A stretch of 64,000 nt of DNA from an uncultured delta proteobacterium (GTDB taxonomy: Bacteria > Desulfobacterota > Desulfobacteria > Desulfobacterales > UBA2156), in NCBI GenBank assembly GCA_963736855.1, contig CAVTQK010000023.1:64001-128000 (forward strand). Direction: 5' to 3'. Positions 1 to 10,859 of this stretch are shown here, piece after piece (within the stretch, counting starts at the first letter, position 1; each line of letters opens with the position of its first letter). The position numbers and the translations under genes are program-made. Below the pieces are notes generated by a model, which saw only the letters and a program-made list of their open reading frames with translations, ran no database searches and was not told the origin of the DNA.

Positions 1-1771
1 CAAGCTGAAGGCGGCTGTTTTCGAACGCCTGAATTCGGGATACTTGACGATTGGAGTCGAGCAATCTTTTCAGGGAAAACCGTTTTCCCTCCCTTATGTC
101 CACTTTATCAAGGACCACCTTTCTGTTGGTCCGGAAATTCCCCCGGATGAAAAGATCCCCCACTTTCACGAAAGGCCCTTCATCGATGGTATAGGTAATA
201 TCGGCTTTTTCTTGTGTATCGCTAAACGTCACCGCTTCCGAAATGTTGACATGTGGATACCCCTTTTCGGAAATCCGCTCGATCAAGATATCTTTATCCA
301 TCGAGACCACATCGTCCCGGTAAGACGCGCCGGGCTTCAGGGCAAGGGCCGACAGAGCATCTTCTTCCGTCAGAGCCGACAACCCTTTAAACGCCACATT
401 TCCCACAAGGGTTCGGACCCCTTCTCGAATACGTAAAGCCGCATCCACCCATTGATTCCCGGTTTTGGTTTCTTTTTCAAAGGAGAGGGTGTCGTCGACG
501 GTCGCTTGAAGAAATCCGTTCCGATGATACAACCTTTTGACTGCGGCTTTATCCTCCTCCCATGTCTTTGAAAAAAAGCCCCCCATGCTTGAGAAAACGG
601 ACGGCTTGGTGAGAAGCTTTTCCGTGATCTGATCCTCTTCGATATGACGATTTCCCTCGATATGAAGGCTCCGCACCAGAGATTGAGGTCCTTCGTCGAT
701 GTGAATGCGGACGGTTCGGATGGACTTGTTTTTTTCTTCAAGGGTGTCGTCTGCCGTCGTAATCTTGACCTTGGGATAACCGGCTTTTCCGTACCGGTTC
801 CGGATAGATCGGATTCCCCTCTTCAAGACCAGATTCCCTTTGTTCCCCCTCTCAAAAATGGGGAGATCATTCTTCAATGTCGAATCCGAAAAAGCCTGGT
901 TCCCCGAAAAAACGATGTCGTAGAAAGGCCCCTCCCGGATCCGCAGAGAGATATCGATGAGACGGCTTTCCGGGTTTTTTATGACGATCGGTTCGATCTC
1001 AACATCGACGTATCCCCTTTGGCGAAAAATTTTGAATAGGTTTTTAACGTCTTTTTCCAGGTCTTTTTCCGCAAACCGCGCCATGTCCCAAAAAAGCCGG
1101 GAGGCCTGCCAGGTCTTAAGACGCGTCAAGAATTCGAAGTCGAACCCGGATCGATTTTCCTCGAGGGTCACTCGATGGACTCGATAGAAAGGCCCCTTTT
1201 GAATGGAAATCGAAAGGACGGTGCGTCCGTCTTTTTCATCTTCTTGGGAAACGAGGGACACCTTGGGATCGATGTACCCCTCTTTCATGAGGTACCTGAT
1301 GACATTTTTCTCCATCTCCTTCGTAGTTTTGGGATCGAAGGGATCCCCGACCCGCCGATCTATTTCCCTGAGGATATCCTGTTCCAGCATGGGAAATTCC
1401 CCGTCGATGTAAATTTTTTTGATCAAAGAAAATGGGGTCAATTCAAAGACAAGATTGATTTTTCCATCTGTTTCAACAGGGTCAGGGACATGGATCTTTC
1501 GAAACAGACCGGATTTTTTCAAGGCGTCGATGCTTTGCTGAAGGTCATCGAGGGAAAACGAGCCTCCTATTTTCGGCAGGATCAGCCGCTGAGCTAATTT
1601 TTGAAGCATGGATGCATCTGGCGATGCATCATGGATCAGAATGGTCAGGGTGGAAACGATGGATGCATCGGGCTCCTCCTGAGATAAGCATATCGGATGA
1701 GGACCCAGGGAGAAAAGAAGAATTCCGATAAGTGCGGTGAAAACATCGCGATGAATGAATCTGAAGCGCAT
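1..1771 (-). CDS. BamA/TamA-family outer membrane protein, N-terminal POTRA region (runs off left edge)
   Basis: Not in the ORF track because there is no stop. Manual translation from ATG 1771 gives MRFRFIHRDVFTALIGILLFSL (signal-like), then repeated POTRA-like units (IREGPFYDIVFSGN, IDEGPQSLVRSLHIEGN, IDEGPFVKVGDLFIRGNFRT). It starts 8 nt after the tamB stop. Confidence 0.85.
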   Translation of the reverse strand, partial: MRFRFIHRDVFTALIGILLFSLGPHPICLSQEEPDASIVSTLTILIHDASPDASMLQKLAQRLILPKIGGSFSLDDLQQSIDALKKSGLFRKIHVPDPVETDGKINLVFELTPFSLIKKIYIDGEFPMLEQDILREIDRRVGDPFDPKTTKEMEKNVIRYLMKEGYIDPKVSLVSQEDEKDGRTVLSISIQKGPFYRVHRVTLEENRSGFDFEFLTRLKTWQASRLFWDMARFAEKDLEKDVKNLFKIFRQRGYVDVEIEPIVIKNPESRLIDISLRIREGPFYDIVFSGNQAFSDSTLKNDLPIFERGNKGNLVLKRGIRSIRNRYGKAGYPKVKITTADDTLEEKNKSIRTVRIHIDEGPQSLVRSLHIEGNRHIEEDQITEKLLTKPSVFSSMGGFFSKTWEEDKAAVKRLYHRNGFLQATVDDTLSFEKETKTGNQWVDAALRIREGVRTLVGNVAFKGLSALTEEDALSALALKPGASYRDDVVSMDKDILIERISEKGYPHVNISEAVTFSDTQEKADITYTIDEGPFVKVGDLFIRGNFRTNRKVVLDKVDIREGKRFSLKRLLDSNRQVSRIQAFENSRLQL

Positions 1772-1779
1772 GCGGATCC

Positions 1780-4700
1780 CTATCGAAACTCGAGCCTATA
1801 AACCATCTCTACCCCGTAATTTCCTGTGTTCTCCTGGTAGGCGGAAGCCGCAACATTTTCAATAAGCTTGTATTCCGAAGATGCGCGCTGGGTGGTTTCC
1901 CCACCCCGGGTCCCTACGCTGTACTTCACGGTAAGTCTTTTGGACAATGTTTTTCCCACGGTCACTTCGACTCCCTCTGACCGGGATTCGTCATCTTTTT
2001 CCAGATACTTTGCTTCAACGATATCGAGTCCTGTGGCATCTTTGACGCTCTCCCCGACAAGCCCCGAAGCAACTTGAGCAGCCAGGGCCTTGGAACTGAT
2101 CCATGCACCACCCTCTTCTCTTATCATCTCCTGCCGGGTTTTTCCGGCAGTAAGCAGCAAGAGAATGTCTTCATCACTCTCGACCGGTCTGGAGGATTTG
2201 GTGAATACGAGATTATCCGGTGTACCGGATATGTTCAGAAGAATCGTCCAGGTACGGATGTTGATTTTACTTTCGATATCGAGGGTAGGCTCGATTCGAT
2301 AGGGGTTGATGAAATCGATGGTTCCGCGATTGATTTCGAATTCTCTGCCTAAAAAGGTGATGGTTCCTTCCTGGACTTGGGCCCTCCCGAGCAGATGAGG
2401 TTGAGCCGGATTCCCCTTCAACAGAAGATTGGAGACGATATTTAAAAGGGCAATATTGTTGTCCACGACAAAAGGGCTTTTTTGCCGAAAGGAAACATCC
2501 AACGCCATGTTTTTAAGAATCGGGTGAAGCGGCTTAACTGGGCTCGTTTCGGCTTCCCGCTTTTGCTCCTGAAGCCCTTGAATGGGATTCAATACGACGT
2601 TTTTGTAATAGATGCCCTCCTCCAAAACAACTTCTCCCTTCAAGACGGAGTGATCCCGGTTCCCGGTCCAGAGAAGCCGGCCGCCCATCGTCAAATCAAG
2701 CGCTTCGGGGATGCTGAAAGGGATTCGGGAAGCGTCGAGGCTGAGATCGAAGGTTGATGGCGCCAGACCTGTCAGCCCGATATTACCCTTGACTTCAAAT
2801 CGTCCCTCGCCCACCTTGCCGGCAATCGTCTCCACCTTCAAAGCGGCAGGGCTGACATTAACAACGGCATTGAGGTCATGGATTTCTTCCAAAATTTCGG
2901 GGAGGGTCACCTTCACCTGGTTCAAGCGTATTTTTCCGTCGATTTCCGGCCGGGACAGAGGCCCACGCACGGTTCCTGCAAGGACGGCATCCCCGGCCAC
3001 ATCTCCCAGTTGTGGAAAAATCGAACCAAGGCCGCTTAGGGGGATCGACGCCTGAACGGAAAGATTCATGTCCCCGTCGAGTCCCGCGCTTCCGCGAACT
3101 TCCACAGATCCCTGATGCAAAAGACCCAGGCGGATATCGGAAATCGAGATTCTGGAATCACGCAGCGACGCCTTGAAGCTTCGACTTTGAACTAGCGCTT
3201 GTTTTTCGAAAAAGAGAATCAAGCGGTAAAGATCGGCTTCGGCCCGGATCGCTTCGGGATGATCGGCGTTTCCCCGGCAGTCGATGGTTCCCGAAAGGAT
3301 TCCCGTCCACTCGCCCAGTTGGGCCATTCTGAAATAGGGACCGAGATCCAATTCCTTGAAAGATGCCCTGGCCTTGAATTCCCTGTCTTTTAAATGAAAG
3401 CTGCCCTCGATATCGAAATCCGATTCCGCGTGGACCTGAAGCACGCCATCCATAAGGGCCGTCTGAAGCCGGACCGCTTCGATGCGTTTACCTTCGATCT
3501 CGATCCCGGTGATCGTGATCCTGCCGGACGCCTGAGGACTCTCGAGACTCCCTTTGCCGGAAATATTGAGCGTCGCCTTTCCTCCATCGATGCCCACCGC
3601 TTCGAGCCAATGGATATGCTTCAACGATACGCCATCGGAAAAAAGTGAGCCCGAAAACGTGTATTCTGAAAAAGAGATCCAGCCCGTTCCTTCCAAAACT
3701 TCTTCCGCGTCGATAGCGATGCGCACAGGTTCCAAATACACCCGACCCCCTTGCATCCGGGTGTTCAGGGAGAAATTTTCAATTTTCTGTCCGAACAAGA
3801 CGAGTCGATCCCCCGACAGAAAAATCTTTCCTTCGGGACGGCGGAGCGATCCCTTCAACCGGCCGTTTAGAGAAATCCTTCCGTCGACATTTTCATGGAA
3901 ATCCTTCAGGCGAAGACTCCGGCCTTCCAGGGTCAGGTCCCAAGACGGATCTTCAACAGGCTTCAAGGTTCGGGGATCCAGAACATTGGCGCTTCCCGAG
4001 ACGGAAAAAAGAGCCCCCTCGTTTTCCGTCTGAAGCGACCCGACCCGGAGCCGGCCGCTTTCATAATGCAGGTCGGCAAAGAGGCCCCCGATCCGAAAGT
4101 CTCGGAAGACAAGGGCGTTTCCACTGACTTGCAGATCCATCATGGGGCTTTGAATCGATCCGCCAACATCGACGACCCCGTTAAGATTTCCGCTCAAGGG
4201 TGTAAAACCGAAAAGAGCTGCCGTGAACCCGATATCCGGTGCCGCCACAGAAATCCGGGACGTGATCGCTTTACTTTTCAATTGATATGTCCCGGTGCCC
4301 GCCAGGATCGTTTCTCCCATGCGCAGCTCAAAATGGTCCACCTCGGCATTTTTTCCGGACAGGGAGGCATCCGCATTCAGGGTGAAGTTCGCCGGAATCT
4401 CCGGGGCGATCCGTGTTTTCCCCGTCACCGACACCGAGACCTTGGCTTCGGCATCGATGTTTGCCGGTGTAATACCGCTTCCCTCGATGCGCACTTCGGA
4501 CTGCAGATTGCCGTCGAGGAGGGTTGCGCCCAAGGGAATGCCCTTCAGATTTACGCGATCCAAAGCAGCGGTTACGCGGTAGACGGCGGCATCGATGTTC
4601 CGATCAGCGGAAAGAAATCCTTGCGGAAACGCCTTTTTCAGATCGACCGTTCCGGAAAGAGCCGCATTTCCATAGGTTGCCTTCACGCCCTTGGCGGTCA

Positions 4701-5694
4701 GGGTCGCCACCCGATCCGAAAGAATGCCCTCGAAGGTGAAGGCTTCGGTGTCCACATCGTAAATCCGCCCTCCGCCGAAAGCCAGGACCATGTCCACCCG
4801 AGGATCGGACACCTTGCCTTTAGCCTGCATCTCGATTTTTACCGGACCGGAAAACTCCCGGCGAAGATGAAACGTTTTTCGGATATCCCCCAGCGTGGTT
4901 TCGATCCGGAGGTCCATGTCGATATCCGGATCTTCCCATAACTCCCGGCCGTTTCCCAGAAGATGGAGCGTCAGCAGATTCGATTCGACATGCGCTTTAA
5001 CGGGCGTGATCGCTCCCTTTTCCACCCGGGCTTCGATGACGAAATCCTCCCAGCCTGTGCGGATTCCGGCCATGTCGATCTTGCACTCTCCGAGGTTCGC
5101 CTTCATGTTCCCGGACTTTTGGGCCAAATCGACGTCATTCAACGAGAAATGGATCTTCTCAAAAATTGCCCTTTCGGTTTCTCCCTGGACAACTGAAGAA
5201 AAATAAAATGACCCGTCGGCTATCTGAAATTGATGGATTTTCACATTGAAAGGAAACGGCGCCCCATTTTCTTCTTCCGGAAGCCATAGATCTTTCTTTC
5301 CCGGACTTATAAATGCATTAGAAATATCAAGGGTCCCGTCCTCACCTATCCGAAAACGCACCACCGGACGCGTTATTTCCGCCATTTCAACCAGAATCGT
5401 ACCTGATAAAAGCGCTCGCCAGGATACCTGTGCAAAGATACGGTCCAAGGTGATCATGGGTTCGCGGGAAGGACTTTGAATAAGAATTCGATCGACCTCG
5501 ATGCAGCCCCGGATTAAAGAGAAGCGGACCTTGGACCAGGTTATTTGCCCTGAAATGCCTTTATTCAGTCGGTTCTGGATCAAATGTCGAGCATGGTTGC
5601 TTTCCAGGTAAAAAGCGGCACCAAACATGAAAAGGATCCCCAGTCCAATAACCAGGCATAGGGTGACTAAGGTTCGAAAAAACCACTTCTTCAT
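1780..5694 (-). CDS. tamB: Translocation/assembly module TamB (AsmA-like, DUF490 C-terminus)
   Basis: 1304 aa with an N-terminal TM anchor, long beta-rich repeats and a TamB-like C-terminus (GTITFLGREFEINRGTIDF...VTVGKTLSKRLTVKYS...YRLEFR). It is next to a POTRA protein. Confidence 0.85.
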   Translation of the reverse strand: MKKWFFRTLVTLCLVIGLGILFMFGAAFYLESNHARHLIQNRLNKGISGQITWSKVRFSLIRGCIEVDRILIQSPSREPMITLDRIFAQVSWRALLSGTILVEMAEITRPVVRFRIGEDGTLDISNAFISPGKKDLWLPEEENGAPFPFNVKIHQFQIADGSFYFSSVVQGETERAIFEKIHFSLNDVDLAQKSGNMKANLGECKIDMAGIRTGWEDFVIEARVEKGAITPVKAHVESNLLTLHLLGNGRELWEDPDIDMDLRIETTLGDIRKTFHLRREFSGPVKIEMQAKGKVSDPRVDMVLAFGGGRIYDVDTEAFTFEGILSDRVATLTAKGVKATYGNAALSGTVDLKKAFPQGFLSADRNIDAAVYRVTAALDRVNLKGIPLGATLLDGNLQSEVRIEGSGITPANIDAEAKVSVSVTGKTRIAPEIPANFTLNADASLSGKNAEVDHFELRMGETILAGTGTYQLKSKAITSRISVAAPDIGFTAALFGFTPLSGNLNGVVDVGGSIQSPMMDLQVSGNALVFRDFRIGGLFADLHYESGRLRVGSLQTENEGALFSVSGSANVLDPRTLKPVEDPSWDLTLEGRSLRLKDFHENVDGRISLNGRLKGSLRRPEGKIFLSGDRLVLFGQKIENFSLNTRMQGGRVYLEPVRIAIDAEEVLEGTGWISFSEYTFSGSLFSDGVSLKHIHWLEAVGIDGGKATLNISGKGSLESPQASGRITITGIEIEGKRIEAVRLQTALMDGVLQVHAESDFDIEGSFHLKDREFKARASFKELDLGPYFRMAQLGEWTGILSGTIDCRGNADHPEAIRAEADLYRLILFFEKQALVQSRSFKASLRDSRISISDIRLGLLHQGSVEVRGSAGLDGDMNLSVQASIPLSGLGSIFPQLGDVAGDAVLAGTVRGPLSRPEIDGKIRLNQVKVTLPEILEEIHDLNAVVNVSPAALKVETIAGKVGEGRFEVKGNIGLTGLAPSTFDLSLDASRIPFSIPEALDLTMGGRLLWTGNRDHSVLKGEVVLEEGIYYKNVVLNPIQGLQEQKREAETSPVKPLHPILKNMALDVSFRQKSPFVVDNNIALLNIVSNLLLKGNPAQPHLLGRAQVQEGTITFLGREFEINRGTIDFINPYRIEPTLDIESKINIRTWTILLNISGTPDNLVFTKSSRPVESDEDILLLLTAGKTRQEMIREEGGAWISSKALAAQVASGLVGESVKDATGLDIVEAKYLEKDDESRSEGVEVTVGKTLSKRLTVKYSVGTRGGETTQRASSEYKLIENVAASAYQENTGNYGVEMVYRLEFR

Positions 5695-5964
5695 TATTGA
5701 CCCTGCAGTTGAATCAAAAACATCGACAAATTTTTAATTGGTTTTAGAAGTCAAGAAAAGTTTATTGCGAACCATGCCTAAACGTATTCAAAGGCCCTGT
5801 TATCATTCTTTTTTTCTATTCCTTGTCATGGTTTTATACAACTGCAGGGTTTACTATCATATCAAGAAGAAAATTTATATTATTATGTATTGATGCTGCA
5901 ACCTCCCTTATTACCATTTTAGAAAACAGCGACAAGGATCGATTAAGGTTTAGGGTTTTCGATC

Positions 5965-5992
5965 TTGACAATTTGCTTCTAAATATTTTAAT
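5965..5992 (+). promoter_or_regulatory. Putative sigma70 promoter of the tolC-ABC operon
   Basis: TTGACA-16 nt-TTTAAT in an AT-rich intergenic region, upstream of RBS GGTGAGG and TTG 6039. Confidence 0.45.
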
Positions 5993-6038
5993 AAAAAGAA
6001 TACCCTTTAATTATGATGAGTTAGGTGAGGAACACGTT

Positions 6039-7448
6039 TTGAAAGGCAAATGGTTTCCATTCATCTTTTTTATAACGTGGTATCTCAATAGTCATGTCTG
6101 TTTTTCCGATCAAAAGATTTCCTTGGCTCAGCGCCTGACGTTGAGCCTCAATCAGGCCATTGAACTGGCACTTCAAAACAACCGCTCCCTCGCGGGATCA
6201 CTTTATGCCAGTGAGAACGCCGCTCTGTCATTGGAGGCTGCCGGCTCTGCATTCGATGTCATGTGGGGGCCGTCAGCGAGCGCCGGTATCTCACGCGAGG
6301 ACGAAACCACTCGACAGTACGGTGCAGGAGTACTGATCACTAAACGATTCGAGTTTGGAGCCCAGGCATCCCTTGGTCCCGGACTCGATCTTTCGGAAGA
6401 CGATTACAACGGAAACGTGGCCTTTTCACTTTCCGTTCCTCTGCTCAAGGGATTCGGCAAAGCGGTGACGCTGGACCCGGTGTACAGCGCCGAACAAGGA
6501 TTGAAGGATTCCCAGCGAAGTTTGCATATCTCAAGGGTTTCCACGGTGATTGATACCGTTTCCGCAGTGTACGGCATCCTCCAGCAGCAGGAACTGGTTC
6601 GACTATATGAATCCCAGGTGGATAGCCTGGAAAGCCAGGCACAGCTGGCCAAAATCAAGGAGCGAGCTGGGTTGGCGACTTCCATGGACATCTACCGGGC
6701 CGAGATCCGAACTAAGGATGCTCAGGAGAGTTTGAACCGATCCCGCGAGGCTTTACAATCGGCCGGAGACCGTTTGAAACTCATTCTGGCCATCCCGCCT
6801 GAAAGAGAGATTGAGGTGATTGCGCCACGCAAGGCAGAACCGGCTGTCATAAACGAGGAAGAGGCTTTCGTCATCGCTCTTTCGAACCGGGTGGAGATTG
6901 CCCAAGCACAAGATGCAGTTAAAGAAGCCAGACGGAGGTCTGAAATCGCAAAAGACAACACCAAACCGGGCTTGAATCTGGTCTTGAAATATCGGTTATA
7001 CAGCGACCCTGAAACCTCTTTTGAAACTATTCAGCTGGATGAGAATTCTTGGAGTATCAATCTGGTGAGCACCACCGACTGGGCCCGAAATGCTGAAAAA
7101 GCCGCTTACCAGCAAAGCCTTAATGCCGTAAAGATAGCCGAGATGCAGCTTCAGTCAAGAGAAGATAGAACCAAACAGGAGGTGCGCCAGGAGCTGGAAT
7201 CTCTAAAAAAAGCCGGGGAGCGAATCCAAATCCGACAGGAACAGATCCGACAGGCCGAAGGAAAGCTGGCGCTTTCAAAGCTCAAATTCCGGTATAACAT
7301 GGCCAGTAACTTCGATCTCATCGAAGCGTCTACAGAGCTCAAGCAGGCCGAGGTGGACCACTTGGCAGCCCAGACAGACTACATCGTCGGCACGCACCGG
7401 TTGCGGGCGGTCCTCGGGACGTTAATGGAAAGGCCTTCAGGAATCTGA
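6039..7448 (+). CDS. TolC-family outer membrane efflux protein
   Basis: LSLNQAIELALQNN and two OEP-like halves. Start moved from 5823 to TTG 6039, which follows an RBS and precedes a signal peptide. Confidence 0.85.
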   Translation: MKGKWFPFIFFITWYLNSHVCFSDQKISLAQRLTLSLNQAIELALQNNRSLAGSLYASENAALSLEAAGSAFDVMWGPSASAGISREDETTRQYGAGVLITKRFEFGAQASLGPGLDLSEDDYNGNVAFSLSVPLLKGFGKAVTLDPVYSAEQGLKDSQRSLHISRVSTVIDTVSAVYGILQQQELVRLYESQVDSLESQAQLAKIKERAGLATSMDIYRAEIRTKDAQESLNRSREALQSAGDRLKLILAIPPEREIEVIAPRKAEPAVINEEEAFVIALSNRVEIAQAQDAVKEARRRSEIAKDNTKPGLNLVLKYRLYSDPETSFETIQLDENSWSINLVSTTDWARNAEKAAYQQSLNAVKIAEMQLQSREDRTKQEVRQELESLKKAGERIQIRQEQIRQAEGKLALSKLKFRYNMASNFDLIEASTELKQAEVDHLAAQTDYIVGTHRLRAVLGTLMERPSGI

Positions 7449-7449
7449 G

Positions 7450-8907
7450 ATGAAAACCAGATCGATTACCGGCATCAGTATCGTGATTCTTTTGCTCACG
7501 GTATTGTTCTTTACAGGCCGCTTCAGCCGGTCCGGGAAGGTGGACCAGTTTGCTCTTCGGATAGCACCGGTCCTGCCTCGGAGCTTCGACATCACCGTAA
7601 ACACCATAGGATTGCTGGACGCCGCAGATTCTCAGATGGTTTCTTCCACGGTGCGCGGCGACAAAGGAAAGATCATTCATATCGTGGAAGACGGCACCCG
7701 AGTCGCTAAAGAGGATGTGTTGATCCGTCTCGATCCAACACCCTTCGAAGAAGAGGTTCACCGGCTCAGTGGAGAGGTAAAAACTTTGGATGCGGCTGTG
7801 GACGCGACCCGGCAGATGCTTGAATGGGAAAAAAACCAGACGGAACGGGAGATCACAGCCACCGAGTTCGACCTGAAAGTGGCACAACTGGAACTGAAAA
7901 AACTCCAGGAAGGGGACGGACCGATTCAGTTGGCCCAATACCGGGAGGAAATGGAAAAGGCCAGGGAAGAATTCACCCGTTACCAGGCCTACATCTCAGA
8001 GTTGGAGGCCCTTGAGGCGGAAAAGAAAATGCAGATCGCCGAGGTCTCCCTCGCACGCGAAAAACTCATCGAACTCAAGGAAAAATTCAACAACACATCG
8101 TTGAAACTCGATAATTACCAGAAGCATGTTTTTCCGTCCCTGGTTGAGACAGCAAAAGCCAGAGTTCAGAAGACAGAGATGCTCCTCGAACAGACCAAGA
8201 AAGGGGCTGTTTATAAAATCGCAAAAGCGATCTCCTCCGTGAAGGAAGCCCAGGAGAGGCTGATGACGTCCCAAGGCGGTCTTGTTCGGGCACAAGAAGA
8301 ACTCGAAAAGACCGCTATCCGGGCGCCTATCTCCGGAATCGCCATCCTCCACGAAGCCTTCAGGGATGGACAAAACCGGAAACCGCGAGTTGGAGACAAG
8401 GTCTGGCAAAACCAGCCGCTTCTGTATTTGCCGGACATCTCCTCTATTATCATCAAAACTCAGGTCCGGGAGGTGGATCTTCACAAGATCGCCTTAAAAC
8501 AACCCTGTGCCGTAATCGTTGACGCTTATCCTCAGGAACGTTTAGAAGGAGAGGTTGCCTTTCTGGGGGTGTTGGCAACCGAGCGGATCGAAGGCGGCAG
8601 AGGAGAAAAATACTTCCAATTGATCATCTCCCTTAAAGGCGGGAATCCAGGACTTCGACCGGGCATGACGGCGCGTGTGACCATTTTCAATGACCACTGC
8701 GAGAATGCCCTGAGTATTCCTTTTGCCGCCCTGTTCGAGGAATCCGGTATTCCCTATTGCTATAAAAAGACCGGGAATGGTTTTAAAAAGGTCGATGTCA
8801 AATGCGGTCGAAAAAATGAGGAATGGGTGGAAATCCTGTCCGGATTGAACCCCGGCGATCAGATCGCCTTAAACCGGCCTCCTTCCGAAACGCTCGGGGG
8901 AAGATGA
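7450..8907 (+). CDS. Efflux periplasmic adaptor (HlyD/MacA-like) with long coiled coil
   Basis: N-terminal TM, lipoyl halves (GKIIHIVEDGTRVAKEDVLIRLD; IRAPISG), LRPGMTARV, VEILSGLNPGDQI. Confidence 0.85.
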   Translation: MKTRSITGISIVILLLTVLFFTGRFSRSGKVDQFALRIAPVLPRSFDITVNTIGLLDAADSQMVSSTVRGDKGKIIHIVEDGTRVAKEDVLIRLDPTPFEEEVHRLSGEVKTLDAAVDATRQMLEWEKNQTEREITATEFDLKVAQLELKKLQEGDGPIQLAQYREEMEKAREEFTRYQAYISELEALEAEKKMQIAEVSLAREKLIELKEKFNNTSLKLDNYQKHVFPSLVETAKARVQKTEMLLEQTKKGAVYKIAKAISSVKEAQERLMTSQGGLVRAQEELEKTAIRAPISGIAILHEAFRDGQNRKPRVGDKVWQNQPLLYLPDISSIIIKTQVREVDLHKIALKQPCAVIVDAYPQERLEGEVAFLGVLATERIEGGRGEKYFQLIISLKGGNPGLRPGMTARVTIFNDHCENALSIPFAALFEESGIPYCYKKTGNGFKKVDVKCGRKNEEWVEILSGLNPGDQIALNRPPSETLGGR

Positions 8908-8914
8908 CTCGCCT

Positions 8915-9589
8915 ATGCTTATTGAGGCAAAAGGACTTTTCAAAAACTATTCGGTGGGCAAATCTTCCATTGATGCTTTAAAAGGAGTCGATTTTTTAGC
9001 AGATATAGGAGAGTTCGTGGCCGTCATGGGTCCCTCAGGCTCCGGAAAGTCCACGCTGCTTTATATCTTGGGCTGCCTGGAGCTTCCCTCATCCGGTTTT
9101 TATCGATTTTCCGGCACAAACATTCTGAGCGCATCGGATAACGCTCTTTCCCACATCCGGGCCAATCAGATCGGATTTGTCTTTCAGACGTTCAATCTCG
9201 TTTCCACGCTTTCGGTATATGAAAACGTCGAACTCCCCTTTCATTATTCCAGCAGGCCGGCAAAGGAAAAGAATCAACGAGTGAGGGAAGCCATCGAGCG
9301 GGTGGGTCTGCATAAGAGGATCCGGCACCGGCCCTCGGAGCTTTCCGGGGGCGAAATGCAGCGAGTGGCCATCGCCAGGGCCCTTGCCGTCAAGCCCCGG
9401 TTGATCTTGGCCGATGAACCCACAGGAAACCTGGATTCCAATACAGGAAAGGAAATCCTATCCCTTTTTACTGAAATGCATGGTGAGGGCGCGACCATCG
9501 TGATGGTAACACACGATGCAGACGTCGCCTGTTATGCCCGTCGGATCATCTCCTTAAAGGACGGGAAAATTGACACCACTTCTATTTAA
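8915..9589 (+). CDS. ABC transporter ATP-binding protein (LolD/MacB-type)
   Basis: Walker A GPSGSGKS, LSGGEMQRVAIARAL, ADEPTGNLD, VTHD. Confidence 0.95.
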   Translation: MLIEAKGLFKNYSVGKSSIDALKGVDFLADIGEFVAVMGPSGSGKSTLLYILGCLELPSSGFYRFSGTNILSASDNALSHIRANQIGFVFQTFNLVSTLSVYENVELPFHYSSRPAKEKNQRVREAIERVGLHKRIRHRPSELSGGEMQRVAIARALAVKPRLILADEPTGNLDSNTGKEILSLFTEMHGEGATIVMVTHDADVACYARRIISLKDGKIDTTSI

Positions 9590-10859
9590 GCTTCAAAAAA
9601 CTGTCGTTATCGCATTCCGTTGCCTTTGGCAGCAGAAGCTGCGTTCGGCCCTGAGTATTCTGGGGGTCATTTGCGGCGTCATCACGGTTTTGGTCATGTT
9701 GGGAGCAGGTGAGGGTGCCAAACAAAAGATTTTAACCCAGATTGAACGCCTCGGAACGCAAAATATTTATCTCCAGGCCGTTTCGTTGAACAGCGAGCAG
9801 ACGGAAAGGGCTGCGGAACACCGTTCCAGCGGCCTGAGAATGTCGGATGTGTTGGGAATCCAGAAGGCCTGCCAGGAAGCGATTCGGGCCGCCGGCCTGA
9901 AGGAGATTAAGGCCGGCATCTTCGGCGCATCCATAGAGCTTTCCCCCCAGATTGTTGCAATATCGGAAAGCTATGATGAGATCCTGAATCTCAGAATACA
10001 TACCGGGCGCTTTTTAACCCACGTTGATGTCGATCAGCGAAACCTGGTCTGCGTACTGGGAGACGACATTTCCAAAAGGCTAGGGACGGAAGGAACCCCG
10101 GGTCAACTCATTCGCATCCAAAACCATCTGTTCCGCGTAGTCGGTATCCTGACCGGCGTTGATCCTGTTTCAGAAGAAAACTCGGCCATCGCGATTCGAA
10201 ATTTCAACAATATGGTTTTCATCCCGATCGGAACCGAGACATTCATCGAAATACCCGGACGCGGACCGGTCGACCTTGGAACATCTTTTACCATTCAGGG
10301 CGAAAAAGGCAGCGCACTGAGCGAAATTATTGTCCAGATGCAACATGCAGATATCGTTCCGCAAGCAGCCCAACTCATCAAACGGATCGTGGATGTGCTT
10401 CATAACAAAGCCGAGGACTTCCAGATGGTCGTTCCGCTGGAGCTTCTCAAACAATCTCAGCAAACTCAGAAGACCCTGAATATCCTGCTGGCTGCTATTG
10501 CCAGCGTGTCTTTGATCATCGGCGGTATCGGAATTATGAATATCATGCTCGCCACTGTCTCCGAACGGACCCGCGAAATCGGAATCCGCCGCGCTTTAGG
10601 GGCAACCCGGCTGGATATTATCATCCAATTTATGACCGAAGCAGTGATCCTGACTCTGTCCGGCGGAACCATTGGAATAATCTTCGGAACAGTGGGCGTT
10701 CGGTTTGCAGCAGGGATCGGAAATTGGCACATCGTTATTACACCCTGGGCGTTCGCACTGCCACTGATAATGGCCGCTCTTGTGGGCCTTTTCTTTGGCC
10801 TTTATCCGGCCTATCGCGCCGCTAGAATGAATCCCGTGAAAGCCTTCAGGCATGAATAG
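9570..10859 (+). CDS. MacB-type ABC transporter permease
   Basis: LRSALSILG, GGIGIMNIMLATVSERTREIGIRRALGA, FFGLYPAYRAARMNP. Confidence 0.92.
   Translation: MTPLLFKLQKTVVIAFRCLWQQKLRSALSILGVICGVITVLVMLGAGEGAKQKILTQIERLGTQNIYLQAVSLNSEQTERAAEHRSSGLRMSDVLGIQKACQEAIRAAGLKEIKAGIFGASIELSPQIVAISESYDEILNLRIHTGRFLTHVDVDQRNLVCVLGDDISKRLGTEGTPGQLIRIQNHLFRVVGILTGVDPVSEENSAIAIRNFNNMVFIPIGTETFIEIPGRGPVDLGTSFTIQGEKGSALSEIIVQMQHADIVPQAAQLIKRIVDVLHNKAEDFQMVVPLELLKQSQQTQKTLNILLAAIASVSLIIGGIGIMNIMLATVSERTREIGIRRALGATRLDIIIQFMTEAVILTLSGGTIGIIFGTVGVRFAAGIGNWHIVITPWAFALPLIMAALVGLFFGLYPAYRAARMNPVKAFRHE

Noticed and set aside
44..5479. Numerous plus-strand ORFs (e.g. 3895-4941)
   Set aside because: They are antisense shadows of the tamB and POTRA genes and have no motifs.
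5823..6038. Upstream extension of the TolC ORF
   Set aside because: It is AT-rich intergenic-like DNA containing a promoter-like element; the RBS and signal peptide point to TTG 6039.
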